Assembly (NCBI GenBank): GCA_964016885.1
Contig: OZ024743.1
Location: forward strand, 310,992,001-311,056,000
Length of the DNA: 64,000 nucleotides
Direction: 5' to 3'
Source of the DNA: Eledone cirrhosa
Lineage: Eukaryota
The position numbers and the translations under genes are program-made. The notes beneath the pieces are model-generated. The model ran no database searches and was not told the origin of the DNA. It saw nothing but the letters and a program-made list of their open reading frames with translations. How positions within the stretch are numbered: position 1 is the stretch's first letter; every line of letters starts with the position of its first letter. This document shows positions 1 through 14,106 of the stretch, piece by piece.

Positions 1-292
1 AATAAACATATCATTAAGAAAAACACTCCCCAAATATATAATACAGGAAAATTTTAATTCCTGAAGTTACTAAAGATAAATAACAATGAGTATGGATTGA
101 TTCCGATAAGTTGGAACAGTTTTCTTCGTGGATGTATAAACATATAATTCAATAATAACATGAAATACATTCTCAAATAGAATATTAAATTGTGTTACAT
201 AAAATGTTCCTCGGGCATAAACGCATACTGATTGACAGAAATAATTTTATCTAGCCAAACATATCGTCGGTAGGCTCAAGAATTGTAAAATT

Positions 293-456
293 GTTTTTTT
301 TTCTTTTTTCTTTTTTCTTTTTTCTTTTTTCTTTTTTCTTTTTTCTTTTTTCTTTTTTCTTTTTTCTTTTTTCTTTTTTCTTTTTTCTTTTTTCTTTTTT
401 CTTTTTTCTTTTTTCTTTTTTCTTTTTTCTTTTTTCTTTTTTCTTTTTTCTTTTTT
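293..456. repeat. (TTTTTTC)n simple repeat
   Basis: Visible 7-bp periodic pyrimidine tract; explains the F/L/S ORF at 291-494. Confidence 0.95.
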
Positions 457-929
457 ATAATTTTATTTTATTCCAACCCCAAAGAATATGTTGATTTAGT
501 ATTCTAAATGTCAGACAAACGAGGTTATAATAGTCGAAAATCACCTGAATTCATATTGACAGGAACAATAATTATCTTTTATTTTCTAGTAGTGCTTTGA
601 CAACCCAATTCCGACATTGGCGTGTTTACGCTGCTTAGAACGCTATTATATCTGACAACTTTTTTCTTCTTTAAGGATACAAAGGTCTGCATTCCATTTC
701 ATTTACTTTGGTTCCTTCTCATAAATTGCAAAATTCATGCAAATACAAGCATATCTTAATCAGCACTATTAAATATCACAATGTTCAAATTTTATGATTA
801 TGCAAATCGTTAACAAAAAGTAGAAAGCTCGTCAGGATTTTTTTTTTTTTTTTTTTTTCCTCTTGTCACCGAACTGTCAAGAATAAATGCGATCCGTAAA
901 AAATATATCCGACCTTAGGCTTTGAAAAA

Positions 930-1700
930 TGTACGAGTTTGGTGGCGTGTAATTGCACATTCGCTTTGAAGTAAGCCCTTTGTGCTTTCACACACTTAGC
1001 CCAATGTTTCTTTCACTGTTCAAAGCATGTCTGGAATGCTTCTTCAAGAATGCCTCTCAACTCCGCCGTCGTAGTCTGAACAATGTCTTCTTGATTCTCA
1101 AAGAAGTCAGAATGAGCCATGACTGGAGAGTAAGGAGTTCGACAAATGTCAAAGCGTTGTCATAATGCAACTGCCAGTTTTGCAAGGCCTACATGTTTCT
1201 TGCGCTGAATTGTATCATGAGTCGTCGGGGGTTTTCTGATATTACTTCTTTGTAATTGTTTGTCATTTTAATGCATATTCGTGATGCACAACGCTCCGGT
1301 CGTTGAAGTCATCACCTTGATATTGCTCCACAACTGACGTTTTGGGGGAACCTTGATGACATTTACATTTAATGATTCCAGTCTGATGACCGAGCTTTTG
1401 TTTCCAGGTCGGATATGAACACCCACATCTCAACTCCAGGGATTACGGTTTTCAGGAAATCAGAATTTTTGTTGACAGTATCGACAGAAAAGAAAATGCG
1501 ACCGACACACCAATTCCGCTCGCCAAATATCACACATGGGAGTCTACTTATATTGCATTTTGTCTCCCTAATTTCATTTCTTTTCATATTTACGACAAAC
1601 CTCGTAAAAACCAATTCAGAGCCCTCCAGCCTGTTGGCTTTGCCCATAAAATTTGTCCAACGATTCTTTCCCTAGATATGTTTAACTCATGTCCGTAGTA
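930..1700 (-). mobile_element. Decayed Tc1/Mariner transposase remnant
   Basis: ORF 1369-1647(-) ends DFLKTVIPGVEMWVFISDLETKARSSDW, matching the mariner first-D region (FLxxIITGDETWVYxYDPETKxQSSxW). Frameshifted; boundaries approximate. Confidence 0.7.
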
Positions 1701-3200
1701 CCGGAGCTCTGGTCTCCTAATGTGGAGTATTGGCTGCTCTAACAAGGAGGGACTCCCTGATCTCCTAGCTACACACCCCATTGAGTAAATCTAATTGGTG
1801 CATGGCGGCCATCACCTTCCGAAGGATTGAATAGCACTATGTCGTCTACAAATATCACCCAACTGATCCTGTATCTACCGATTTTGATATATTTTCCAAC
1901 CCGACTGCGTACATCCATCCTGTCCATGAACATAATGAACAGGGGAGGTGCGAGTACATACCCTTGGAATAGTTCGATCCCTACACTGAATGGTTTTCGC
2001 TTAGCACCATTTATCCGAAAACAAATACTAGGGCGTTTGTAGAACGATTCCATACTCCTGTAGAACCTTTCAAGAGATATCTGAAATGCGGTTGTATGCT
2101 TTTTCATGGTCCACAAAACAGATATATACCTCTTGTCAATGCTCGCACGATTTCTCTAAGATTTGCCTCTAAGTGAATATTTAGGAAATCAGCAAAGTAT
2201 TCTCTCCACTTCGCGAGGATTAACTTTGCTTCAGAGAGAAAAGCGCCAGACAAATTCCTGATAGCAGATATGCAGAGGAACGTTTTATTACAAAGTCAGC
2301 GGATGGTCTTCCAGGATGCTTTATTTTCTTATCTAAAGATGGATTCCAGCTTAACCCCACATCTTCTCATGTCTTAACGTTGAACATCTTTACTGTCTTT
2401 ACTGTAACATTTAACGCCTGCTTGTAATGCGTCTGCATAAACGAAGACTTATTTCCAAGACAAGCTTTGTAAGCCTTCTTCTTTGCTAGGGTGGTATCTT
2501 TAACCTCCTGACTGAACTAACAGTTCCTCTTGTCGCTCGGCCCCACATCGAGCCGCTTTCGTTCAAAGTGTTCAACAGCTGAAGCAGAAGCTGCCAAGGT
2601 GAAAAGTCTTCACTCCATTTCAACGACCTCAGTTTGTTCAAGGGGGGCGCTGGATTTCTATGCGATAATATTCGTATACAAGGTCTTGACATCCCTATCT
2701 GTCAGCGCTTCCAATTTTATCATGTAATTCAAGATGGACATGCCATTTGCATTCTTCAATTTAGGCTGTCACAGGTCACAGATGATTAGATGATAATCAG
2801 TTGACAGCTCAGCCCCTCTCTTAACACGAACACCCAGTACAGAAATGAAGAGATCAGAGATAATAAAAATATAGGTTATTGTCCTGTGTCCCTGATTTCC
2901 CTCATATAATGTATACTTATGAATATTTTTCTGCTTGTAAACGATGTCCTTAATAGAGAGCCCATTACTAGAATAGAGGTCTAATAAACCCCCTGCTTTT
3001 GCATTTAAATTAAGGTCTACGTTCCTGCCTATCACTCCTGTCTGTTTCAGGTGATCAGTTCCAAAACGTACATATAGAAGGCTATGATTCAATCTCAACT
3101 ACAACTAACGCTGAACGACTTCTTTTGTATTCGTGTTATGTGGTTGGAACAAATGTTACCCCATCCACAGAGCCATTTCTTTCAGACTAAGCTTCAAGAG
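1700..3200 (-). mobile_element. Decayed RTE-like LINE (APE endonuclease C-terminus plus RT fragments)
   Basis: KRGAELSTDYHLIICDL (APE C-terminal SDH motif) in 2769-3098. GIELFQGYVLAPPLFIMFMD and VIFVDDIVLF (RT QG-SP and ADD motifs) in 1769-2116. Confidence 0.85.
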
Positions 3201-5708
3201 GCAGGGTACTTATGAGAATCCCCATTCCAGCCTGTGCGGTCCTTTTCACAACATACCTAAATTAGAAACCGTTTATTTATATTAATGATAAATAAGAAAT
3301 AACATCCTTACCGTTGAGGTAGAAAGTACACATAGCCCTCTGGGGGAGGAGGTGCCAGGGATGACACTGAAAAAGAATTTTATGGATTACATAAATTTCT
3401 ATACATATAATGACAAATAAATTCTATGAAGTAAAGCCATGAAATAAGAAATTTTAATCCGAAAAATATTTTTTATTTTTCTCTCTATCTCTTTTTCTTT
3501 TTTATCTATTGAGAAATTTAGTTGAGATAAATGTTTTACGGTAATTTGCTTTGTCTTGTCTCACTTGAGTCAGTTTAGCGCCTTATTTGCCGCAGGTTAA
3601 ATTTTAGTTCAATCGCTGATCAGCAACCCTTGGTTTATGCATAGTCAAAAACAAATTAAATAACTCTTTTGTTTAGTCCCTAAACCAAGAGTTTGAATCA
3701 TGTATCATGAAATAAACATGGTTTCGGTATTCGATCGATATAAATTAATTTGGCTCCGAGCTAATGGACGTCCATCCGTTTCGACAAAACATGTTCTAGT
3801 TCTTCAAGCAACGAAACAGCCTACAACTGAATGAACGTATAATTAGTTAACACGTGTACTCTTACAATTCTCAACTATATTCAGCGTGAAAGTGTGTGAC
3901 AAGATTGGTTCTTTGAATTGAAACTACAACTTTCCAGTTGAATTGACTGGCAAAGGGTGAAATGAAGATTTCATTATATTACTATCGTGAGCTCGGTCCT
4001 TAAAGCTAATAGATATTCACTTCACTACGTGTATAATTCTGACTAATTTCAGCATATCTTTGTGTCACTATATTAAGTATGTTCGTTCGCCCTTAATTAT
4101 GCTGTCTTCGCCCAGAAAGAATCCTTGGTTAATTTATTTCTGAGCCTTAGTTTACGATTCTCGTTTATCAAAATGTTTTTGTTTTTTTTCTGTAGGTATG
4201 TAAGAATATAATGAATAATGTGTCTTTCCCTTTTTAAATCAGTAGTGTTCTTTTTAGTAGGTTTTATTTAAATTATTTTATTTAATGTTAATCCATTAGC
4301 CCCTCTTGCTCCCTAAAGAATATAGGGTTGGGAGGGCGGGAAATCCAGTCAGTATGGTTGCAAATCTGATCACGAGCTTGCTTCTAGATCAGGATTTTAA
4401 CTGTTAGACTTTAACCAAGTCTTGACAAGTCACCCTCCTCGCTATGCGTACCACTGACTCAATAGTGCACACGATTACCTTGAATGTTGTTCAATTAATT
4501 CTTGTTTATTCTACCATACTGTAAATAATTCTATGTGTTAAATAATATATGTATCTCCTTCTTTTCTAACTCATTTTGCTCCCTGCAGAGCGTTAGAGAA
4601 TTCATTTATGCATAGCAAATAATTTATGTGTCAAAACTACAATTTACAGTTACAATCAACATTTAGAAGAACTGTGTGTGTGGTGTGGTGTGGGTGAGGG
4701 CGTCTGGTGGACCTCAATCGGTTCTGACAAGTGTTCCAGTTATTTGAAGAACGAAACAACCTATTAATGTTCGGGTAGTTGAGCATTCCACAAACACGCA
4801 AGAAAAACATACCTAACGATGGGGTGTCCAGAGAGCTGATGGTCTAGGAGGAAAGTACTGAAAATAGAGGTTAGTGCGGGCGGGGGGGGGCACGGACACA
4901 CATAGGTGATGAAATGAAGTGAAACGAGTGAGTCAGGAGTGCCTGAATAGAGGAGACAAGAGATCATTATAGTAACAATAGAAGAGGCACATGGAGGAGA
5001 CAGCACATCTCTAGGCCAGATGCTGAGGTGTCAGACAGTGACTTTAAAACGATGGCTAATCTACAGGATGCAGCCTAGCGTCCCAGTGTCAACAACAGCA
5101 ACACCACCACCCCAGATGTTACTTTTATCGAAACCACACTGGTCTTAACTCGTATGAAAAAAGATTTATTCAACGACGACAAAGATTTATATATTCGTAT
5201 TACTTCGTTTGCTATCTATGTTCTATGATAAATAAAAGGCCAAGGACGACTTTACCTCTCAAATCTCTGGTATTGACAAATTAAGTTTCTGGAATGTACA
5301 CAGTTAATTTAAAGAATGCCATCCATTCCCTAAAGAAACGTTATATTTTATCTGATTATTAACTTTTCTTCCCTGCGTAACTGATTTTGTCTTTCATCCT
5401 TTTTCACAATAGCAGCTATCCATTGAAATTGGTTTGATACAACTAATTATGACTCTCACCCGTATATCTGCTGTCTTCTAATAGAATAAATCCTAATATT
5501 TAGTCTAGTGATATTGATGGTTGTGACAATAGCTATTCTGTCTATACAGAGTTTTTCTTTTATTTCGTTTTGTTTTCTTCTATATTAAGTATAACGCTTC
5601 CTTCGGGAAAAATAAATTACATTTCACAGACTTCTATTTTACAACATGACACAGACAGACGCTCCAGACGTTTATAAAATATAATGAATTTAGGTTCACA
5701 TGTTTCTT

Positions 5709-6119
5709 ACAACCTCGTAAATATGTAGAATTTGTATGTAGTTTGTTGTAAAAGTTAAGCATCAGATGATGAAGTGGTCTTATGAAGCTTCGTATCATCG
5801 GAATCAACAAAACTCTTCCTATGATACTTTTTATGATATAATATTACAACCTCGTAAATATGTAGAATTTGTATGTAGTTTGTTGTAAAAGTTAAGCATC
5901 AGATGATGAAGTGGTCTTATGAAGCTTCGTATCATCGGAATCAACAAAACTCTTCCTATGATACTTTTTATGATATAATATTACAACCTCGTAAATATGT
6001 AGAATTTGTATGTAGTTTGTTGTAAAAGTTAAGCATCAGATGATGAAGTGGTCTTATGAAGCTTCGTATCATCGGAATCAACAAAACTCTTCCTATGATA
6101 CTTTTTATGATATAATATT
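5709..6119. repeat. Three tandem copies of a 137-bp unit
   Basis: ACAACCTCGTAAATATGTAG starts at 5709, 5846 and 5983; copies look identical. Confidence 0.95.
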
Positions 6120-6443
6120 TTTAATACAATTTCCCTTCTAGTAGTTATTAATTATATTAATTATATTCTCTCGGCAAAGTATAGCTATTTCTAGTGTTTG
6201 TATGCCTTAGACATTACTAGTACTTCGTTTACCATCTATGTTATATGTTTAAATACTTCTTGATAAATAGAGACATTTGTTGATGTTCGCAATAGGAATT
6301 GTATGATGGTATGAATTGAACAAGGGCAGCCATACCATAGGAGCCCTTCAATAAAAGAGGAAAGAAAAGGAGTCCATCGTCAGATTGGACCAAGGAAACT
6401 ATAATCATACACAAGAAACTCCAAGTAGCAGGCTACTGACATG

Positions 6444-6495
<52 letters not shown>

Positions 6496-6987
6496 CAGGA
6501 TATGAAAAAAAAATGTGTTGTCTTAAAGAAGACATGACAACGCAAATAGAGATCTAAATATCGAGTACAACACCAGAGGTCGTTAGCCCCCCACCCCCCA
6601 ACCCCCACCCCCCACGGGGGGGGGGGGGGTGTTCGCATAGCTACGGCTCCTAAAATCGTATTTCGAAAGAAATACGAAATGTCTATACATATTGTATAAA
6701 GCTATGCTTGAAGCGAAATCCTATTTCTTTTCTACTATAAGTTGAGCCAACTTATGCAGCTTCATATGCAAATGAGATTAATCACCTCATTTACACAGAC
6801 GAGAAAACTATATGTTCTCGGCTGTTTTCAAGTCCAGCAGTCGCAGAGCAGTGGCAGCGATCGTCCCGACGATGGCCAGTCAAGCTTGAAATGGATAGAC
6901 GGTTTTCCCCCTTGCTTCTGCTGGACAAGACCAGAGGGAGTTAGCCCCCTGGTGTTCGCATAGCTACGGCTTCGAAATTTCTATACA

Positions 6988-7754
6988 TCTATATACTACT
7001 AAAACTCTGATCTTGCATGCTTGCTTGTCTGTTATATAATACAGCCAAAAGGGCGCATAATGGGTAATACGTTGAAAGCAAGTTGCCTCTGAAATAGGAA
7101 TACAAATTGAATAAAATAAATTTCGCGAAAATCTGACCCAAGGTTCCCGAGATTCGCGGGTCGTGGGGGTACCTTCGAAAATAGCCACAACAGTGCATAC
7201 TGGGAAAATACCTCGAAATTAACATAACCCTGCAAAACTTCGTAAATAGCCAAAACATTGCATAATGAGAAAATACTCTGAATAAAACAAGTTTGGCGTA
7301 AATCGCACATGGACAATATTTTCAATTTTTCAAAAATAGCAAGGAATTCATCTAAATTCAATTTAACTTATTTTATAATGAATATCGAAAGAAATAATCC
7401 ATTTGTTTTTTGGTTGTCCATTCAGTAAGAGAGACAGAGAGGGGGTGGAAGAAAGGAAGAGAGAGTGAGGGTGAGAGAGAGAAAGAGAGAGAGTGAGGGG
7501 ATGAAAGAGGGAATAAAGAGATGAGAGAGAGGGTGGGGGTGACAGATAGGGAAAGAGACAGCGTCCTTAACTTTTATTTATTTTAACTTCCCCCTATCCA
7601 TAACGTTATTTCTTTCTCTCTCTTTCACAGTTTATACTGCCACCGTGTGTATGTGTGTGTGTATGTGTGCCAGTGCATGTGCTTACGTACTTAGAGACAT
7701 GTGTGTGTGTGTGTGTAACAGTACTTAAGTTAGAGACATATATATATATATTTG

Positions 7755-7785
<31 letters not shown>

Positions 7786-10700
7786 TGTGTAGGATACCTT
7801 CGTAAATAGCCAAAATGGTGCATAATGGAAAAATAGCCCTGTAAGTGACATAACCGTGAAATGGGGACAAAACAAATTTGACGTAAATCGACATAAACTA
7901 TTTTCATCATTCGAGAAATATTTTTAATAACTATTAAAAAAATATTTTTCAGTGATTTCTCAGTGAATATGATTTCAAAACTATAAGTTGTTTGTACTTC
8001 AAGTATCTATATTTGAGCTTTCTTTAAACAGACGATATTTATTTTAATTATCAGAAAAGCATTAAGTGAATATGACTGAAAAATACCAGTTGGTTTTAAA
8101 CAGTAGGTGTTTATATTTTTGCTTTTGTTAAAAAGAATATTTCAATTATTTAGAAATATTTTAAAGTGAATTTGATTTCACAAATAGCTTTATTTACATA
8201 GACAATATCTTCATTTTTTAAAAATTATTTTCGAGTGAATACGATGGAAAAAATATTTCTTGGCATATTTAAAAAATATTCTTAAGTGAAAATGACTTAA
8301 AAAATACAAATTATTTGTACACTGAATATATATATTTCAGCTCTCTTTAAACAGAATATTTTAATTATTAATAAGTATTTTTTAAGTGAATATGATTTGA
8401 AAAATAGGAGTTGTTTAAACATACAATATTTTCATTATTTAGAAATATTTAAAAATGCTGATTTAAAAAAAAAAATTTTTTGAAGTAATAGGAACTTTTT
8501 CTAAGGTGAATACGATTTTCGATTCTTAATTAATGAGGAAGAAAGAAAACATCTGGTTGGTCTATCGATAGTGGAAAGAAAGCACGGCTAAGGAGAGCCG
8601 AAGAAGGTGAGGAAGATAGTGGTCAACGCCAACAAGATCGGGACAGGCATGCGAATAGAAGGATCGATGAGACTGATAAAGCAAGGGCTGCGCGTCTGGC
8701 GGAACAGAGGGAAAGAGACAGAAGCAGGAGAGATCATGAATCGGATGGTCGGAGAGCTGAGCGTCAGGCGGAACAGAGGGAAAGAGACAGAAGCAGGAGA
8801 GATCATGAATCGGATGGTCGGAGAACTGAACATCTTTGCCAACAAACCAGTAGGGATAGAGCAAGGACAGTTCAACGACGTGACCTCTCTGCTGATGTTG
8901 GACAGATGAATAAGATCTGTGTCTGTTGACATGAAATGTTTTTCATGGTGAAACTGCTAACTTTTTCTGTATGAATGGAAAGTCAGGCTGGGGAATCTGC
9001 AGCCTTTACCCCAGGAACTTCACAGTTTATTTAGTACTGATCAACCTAGGGCAAACGAGTTCAGAAAGAACTCGTTCCAAATTACATCTTTTGGGGCCGA
9101 AGAAGTTCGTTCCTCAAGGTCAAATTCACCGTTACATCGGTTCCTTAATCCCCAATCCCAACGAACAACCCCAATTTCTTCAAATTTGCTTCTTGGATCC
9201 TCAGGATAGTGTTGATTTCAGGACAGGATACTCCATAACGATGGCATTCAGCGCGACATAGTTGAATTATTGGAAATAAAACTCAGGCAATATAACCTTT
9301 ACGTTGCTTCATTTCGAATGGCAGAAGAATAAATTAAAAATATTCCCGAAGCTTTAATTATTATTGATCCTGATAGGGGACCAGCAATGGAACATTTTAG
9401 AGAAGATTCAATGCACAAACTGCAAACGAAGTTGCCGTTATTATACAAAACAGCACCGAACTTCAAGCAAAAGCACGGCACATTGTGTTGAAAGAAAAAG
9501 GCAAATAATCTCAGTGTCCCCTCGGTCCTATGACAGTTTGCAGTATGTTCCATTTTTTCCTTTTGGCGATGACGGATTGCCATCCGTCATCGCCAAAAGG
9601 AAATGTTAATGAGCAACAACAATGCGCTACTATGCCTATCGAATAATGAACCATGAGAATGAATTCAATCAACTTCTCAGAGGCGGTCGTTTATTTCAGC
9701 AATATTTGGTTGACATGGTTGCGAAGATTGAAAGAGATAGACTGCAATACATCCGAATGAATCAAACATGATTGCGATCTACAACATACAAGGGCCTTAC
9801 TGACGCATTGAATGATGAATACGATTTTCGCAATATTGGCAGACGAATGATATTCTCTTCCGCATTTGTCGGTGGACCGAGATATATGATGGAACGATGC
9901 CAGGATGCCACATACGGAAATACGGAAATCCTTCGTTCTTCATCACAATTACATGAAATCCAAACTGGCCCGAAATCCGGCATAACCTATTCCTGAATCA
10001 GAAGCCCCCATGACAGGCCAGATTTAATTGCCAGAGTATTTTTTCTGAAGCGGAAACTGTTAAGAAAGTATCTTACTGGAGTAGAGGGCCTATTTGGCAA
10101 GTGCATTGCTTACGTGCTGACAGACGAATATCAAAAGCGAGGTCTTCCTCGTGTGCACTGTTTGCTATGTCTCAATGAAGCCTCCAAACCCAGACCACAG
10201 GAATATGATAAATTTGTTCAAGCCGAAATACCAGATCCTAACAAAGATCCAGAGGGTCATGAATTGGTCCTGAAGCACATGATCCACGGTCCGAATTGCT
10301 CTAACAATTCGCCGTGTTGGAAAGATGGAACGTGCAGTAAGCGGTGCTCTAAGTCTTTCAATGAATATACATTGTGTGGAGAGGACTCTTATCCTGTGTA
10401 CAGAAGACGGTCTCCAGGAATGGGAGGATTTGAGGGGCACCAAGAAGGAAGGGGAAGCCGAAATATAACTTCGGAATGGGTTGTTCCCTACTATATGAAA
10501 CTATTAAAACTGTTCAACTGCCACCTAAACGTAGAGATGTGCTCTTCCGTGAAATCGATCAAATACGTTATCAAATATACCATGAAGGGCAGTGATCAGG
10601 CTATGTTTGGAGTGTACAGGGAAGATGAGATAATACAGTATTTAACAGGAAGATATATCGGTCCTTCAGAAGCTGTTGCCTTGGTACTTGGATTTCCAAT

Positions 10701-13657
10701 TCATGAGAGAGAACCCGCCGTATTTCGCCTTCAAGTTCATCTACCTGGGGAAAATCAAATCTTCTTTCGAGTCAATGCTGCTGTTAAAGTAAACAATAAC
10801 ATGGCTAAGACGACTCTGACTGAGTTCATGGATCTTTGCAATCGCGATCCTTTTGCAAAAGTATTATGCCGATGTGCCAAAGTTTTACACTTGGAGTAAT
10901 AATAGATGGGAAATGAGAAAGGTGGGGAAAACCGTTGAGCAGTATCTAGGGATTTTTTAGGCGAACGTTTTGGGACGAGTATACACTGTTTCTCCACGAA
11001 GTGGTGACCTGTATTATTTAAGACTCCTTCTGCATCACGTCAAAGGGCCAATATCCTTCAACTCTTTGAAAATGTGTGATGGGGAACTCCTGACATTATT
11101 CAAAGACGTCTGCAGAGAGAAAGGTTTGCTTCAGTCAGATGATCATTGGCAGCAGACTCTGGAAGATGCTGAATGAACACGGCTTCCCAAAGCCATGAGA
11201 GATCTATTCATCATGCTCGTCACAAATACGGAAATTGACAATTCCAGTGCTTTATGGGCTCGATTTAAGCATTCGATGTCTGAGGATTACCTTCAAATAG
11301 AAAATAGGGCTACCAGAAACTCTAACCTTTTGATTAGCGAGAGACATTATGATCAATGTCTTCTGTATTTTGAAGACAAACTTAACGACCTGGGCAAAAG
11401 TCTTAGTGACTTTAACTTGCTAAGGCCAAATAATATTGTTGCTAATCAGAATATTGGCAATTTGCAGTTATTGCATGAATTGCAATGCAGCAGAGAAGAG
11501 CAGCGACGATTTGTAAAAGAGACGGAGCCTCTATTGAATAGTGATCAAAAGCACGTGTACGACTTCGTTTGTAACAGTTTAGAGACGAACGCATCTGCAT
11601 TGATTTTCATTGACGCTCCAGGTGCAACAGGGAAGACATTCATGATTAACTTAATTCTTTCAAAAGTCAGGGGAAACGGCGACGTGGCTGTTGCTGTTGC
11701 GTCATCTGGCATTGCCGCAATACTGATGCCTGGTGGAAGAACAGCGCATTCTAGGTTCAAAATACCGATAGTAGTGAAAGAAAATGGTCTGTGCAACATT
11801 GATAAAAGCTCAAAGACGGCAAACCTCTACCAGCATACAAGGGTGATTCTTTGGGATGAGTGTCTTATGACTCGGAGGGAAAGCTTCGAAGCTGTTGACC
11901 TCACTCTGCGTGACATATGCGACAACAATGAGACATTCGGTGTAATTTTGACAATTTGCTGTGGCGATTTCCATCAGCTTTTTCCAGTAGTGAAAAGGGG
12001 AAATGAAGCGGACGTGGAAAACGCATGCATTAAAAAATACTATTTATGGCGAAGCTTCAAAAGATTTCAGTTGAACACAAACATGTGATTAGGTGGGGCA
12101 GCAGGAGACTATTGGATATTGGAGAAGATAAGATAAAAAAAAAACTGAAAATGAGGAAATTATTTTGCCAAAAGAAATGGTTCTCCAAGCAACAACTATG
12201 GAAGAATGTATTGATTTCATCTACCCCTCATTCGATAATCCAGCTGAAGTGTTTTCGAACAATTGCATATTAGTACCTCTCAATGAAATGATGAGAAGCA
12301 TCAATTCCACCTGTATCAGACGCTTCCCTGGAACCATAAAAGAGTACGATCCTATAATTATGTGAGTGATGGTGCGAATGCCACTGATTTCCCGACTGAA
12401 TTCCTTGATTCGGTTGAACTATCAGGACTGCCACCACATAACCTGGAATTTAAAAAAGGATCGCCAATAATTCTTATGAGAAACTTGAATCCTCCAAGGC
12501 TTTGTAATGGAACGCGCATGATCGTGGAAGAACTGCACGACAATCTCATAGTAGCAAGAATCAGCACTGCTGCTTTCAGAAATGAGATCGTTATGATACC
12601 TAGAATAAGAATTAATATATCCTAAGGTGAGGATATCCCTTTGCAGCGAAGCCAAATCCCAGTTCAATCGTGCTTCGCTATGACTATTCATAAAGCACAA
12701 GGACAAACTATTGGTTTATCTGGAACGACCTGTATTCCAACACGGTCAACTGTATGTAGCCCTTAGCCGCGGAAAACGAAAAGAAAATTTCAGAGTGTTT
12801 CTGAAAGATACCCAGTCAACTAAGAATGTTGTCATCAAAAGCATTCTTTTGAACAAACTGTAACAGTGTAAATATGAGAAAATGTTGATTCCGACGTCAG
12901 AAAATGAAAGGAAAAGAGAAAACTAAGACAAGTAAGAATAATTTCTTTCAAATTTGTGTAAATAAAACCAGATTTTCATTAACAGTGCAACTTTTTAAGC
13001 AGAAAAATCTTTCAGAACAAACAGTCAAGCATCCAGAGAAATATAGAAAACAGAATTTTGAAGTGGAGTGATTGGATAGCTATTAGTGAAAAATGATTTG
13101 ATATTTTCTTTGTGAAAATATTTGTGAATAATACAGTGAAAAGACAACTTCGCGTAAATCGGACCACGGGTTCCCGAGATACGCGGGTTTTTTTGCGGGT
13201 ACCTTTATAAATAGCCAAATCAGCGCACAATGGGAAAATTCTTTGAAAGTAAGGTACCATTGAAATGTGAATACAAACGCAGATAGTGGGTGTGAGAGAG
13301 AGGGGAAGAGAGCTGGTGGTGTTGTTGAATGAAATTATGACAGGTGACTTCAAAGAATCGAATACATCATTACTGTATCTAGCTTGAATTTGGTGACTGA
13401 ATATTAAGTTATATGTATCTTATAACTTGTGTTAGGACAGGATGTATGTGTGTGTGTGTCTGTGACAAGTGTATATAGGCCACAGACACCCACACACACA
13501 GACACACATATATATATACACGTACATATACACACACACGTATATATATATATTGGCTTTCCAATGTCATTTAACATTATACACATTTTGTGTATATTTT
13601 AATTATTTTTAAATTATTTTTAAGTGAACATGAACCAACGGGTCATGGGTGGTCTAG
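6988..13657 (+). mobile_element. Helitron 1 (autonomous-type, decayed) with both termini
   Basis: 5' TC (A|TCTATATACTACTAAAAC) at 6988; 3' hairpin CATGAACC-AACG-GGTCATG then CTAG at 13654-13657 followed by T; RepHel coding remnants inside. Confidence 0.85.
8535..12861 (+). pseudogene. Helitron Rep/PIF1 helicase (RepHel) pseudogene, multiple frameshifts and stops
   Basis: Rep motifs EYQKRGLPRVHCL (HUH altered) and IKYVIKYTMKG; YYLRLLLHHVKGPISF; PIF1 motifs DAPGATGKTF, ASSGIAA..GGRTAHSRFKIP, WDE, GDFHQLFPV, LMRNLNPPRLCNGTR, FAMTIHKAQGQT. Confidence 0.95.
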
Positions 13658-13658
<1 letters not shown>

Positions 13659-13722
<64 letters not shown>

Positions 13723-13761
13723 TATTCATATATATATATATATATATATACATATATCTAA

Positions 13762-13792
<31 letters not shown>

Positions 13793-13807
13793 CATATATC
13801 TAAATGT

Positions 13808-13850
<43 letters not shown>

Positions 13851-14106
13851 TCTAAATATATACATATATACATATATGTATCTATATATATATACATATA
13901 TCTAAATATATACATATATATATATATGTATCTATATATATATACATATATCTAAATATATACATATATATATATGTATCTATATATATATATACATATA
14001 TCTAAATATATACATATATATGTATCTATATATATATACATATATCTAAATATATACATATATATATGTATCTATATATATATACATATATCTAAATATA
14101 TACATA
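13659..14106. repeat. Degenerate (AT)n microsatellite
   Basis: (TA)n with recurrent TATCTAAATATATACA interruptions; the same pattern resumes at 15030-15120. Confidence 0.95.

Noticed and set aside
6165-6200. Helitron 3' end (..CGGCAAAG..TTTCTAGT)
   Set aside because: No convincing hairpin and no matching 5' end.
10114-12088. Functional cellular PIF1 helicase gene
   Set aside because: Fused to a Helitron Rep domain, frameshifted, HUH motif altered, and bounded by Helitron termini.
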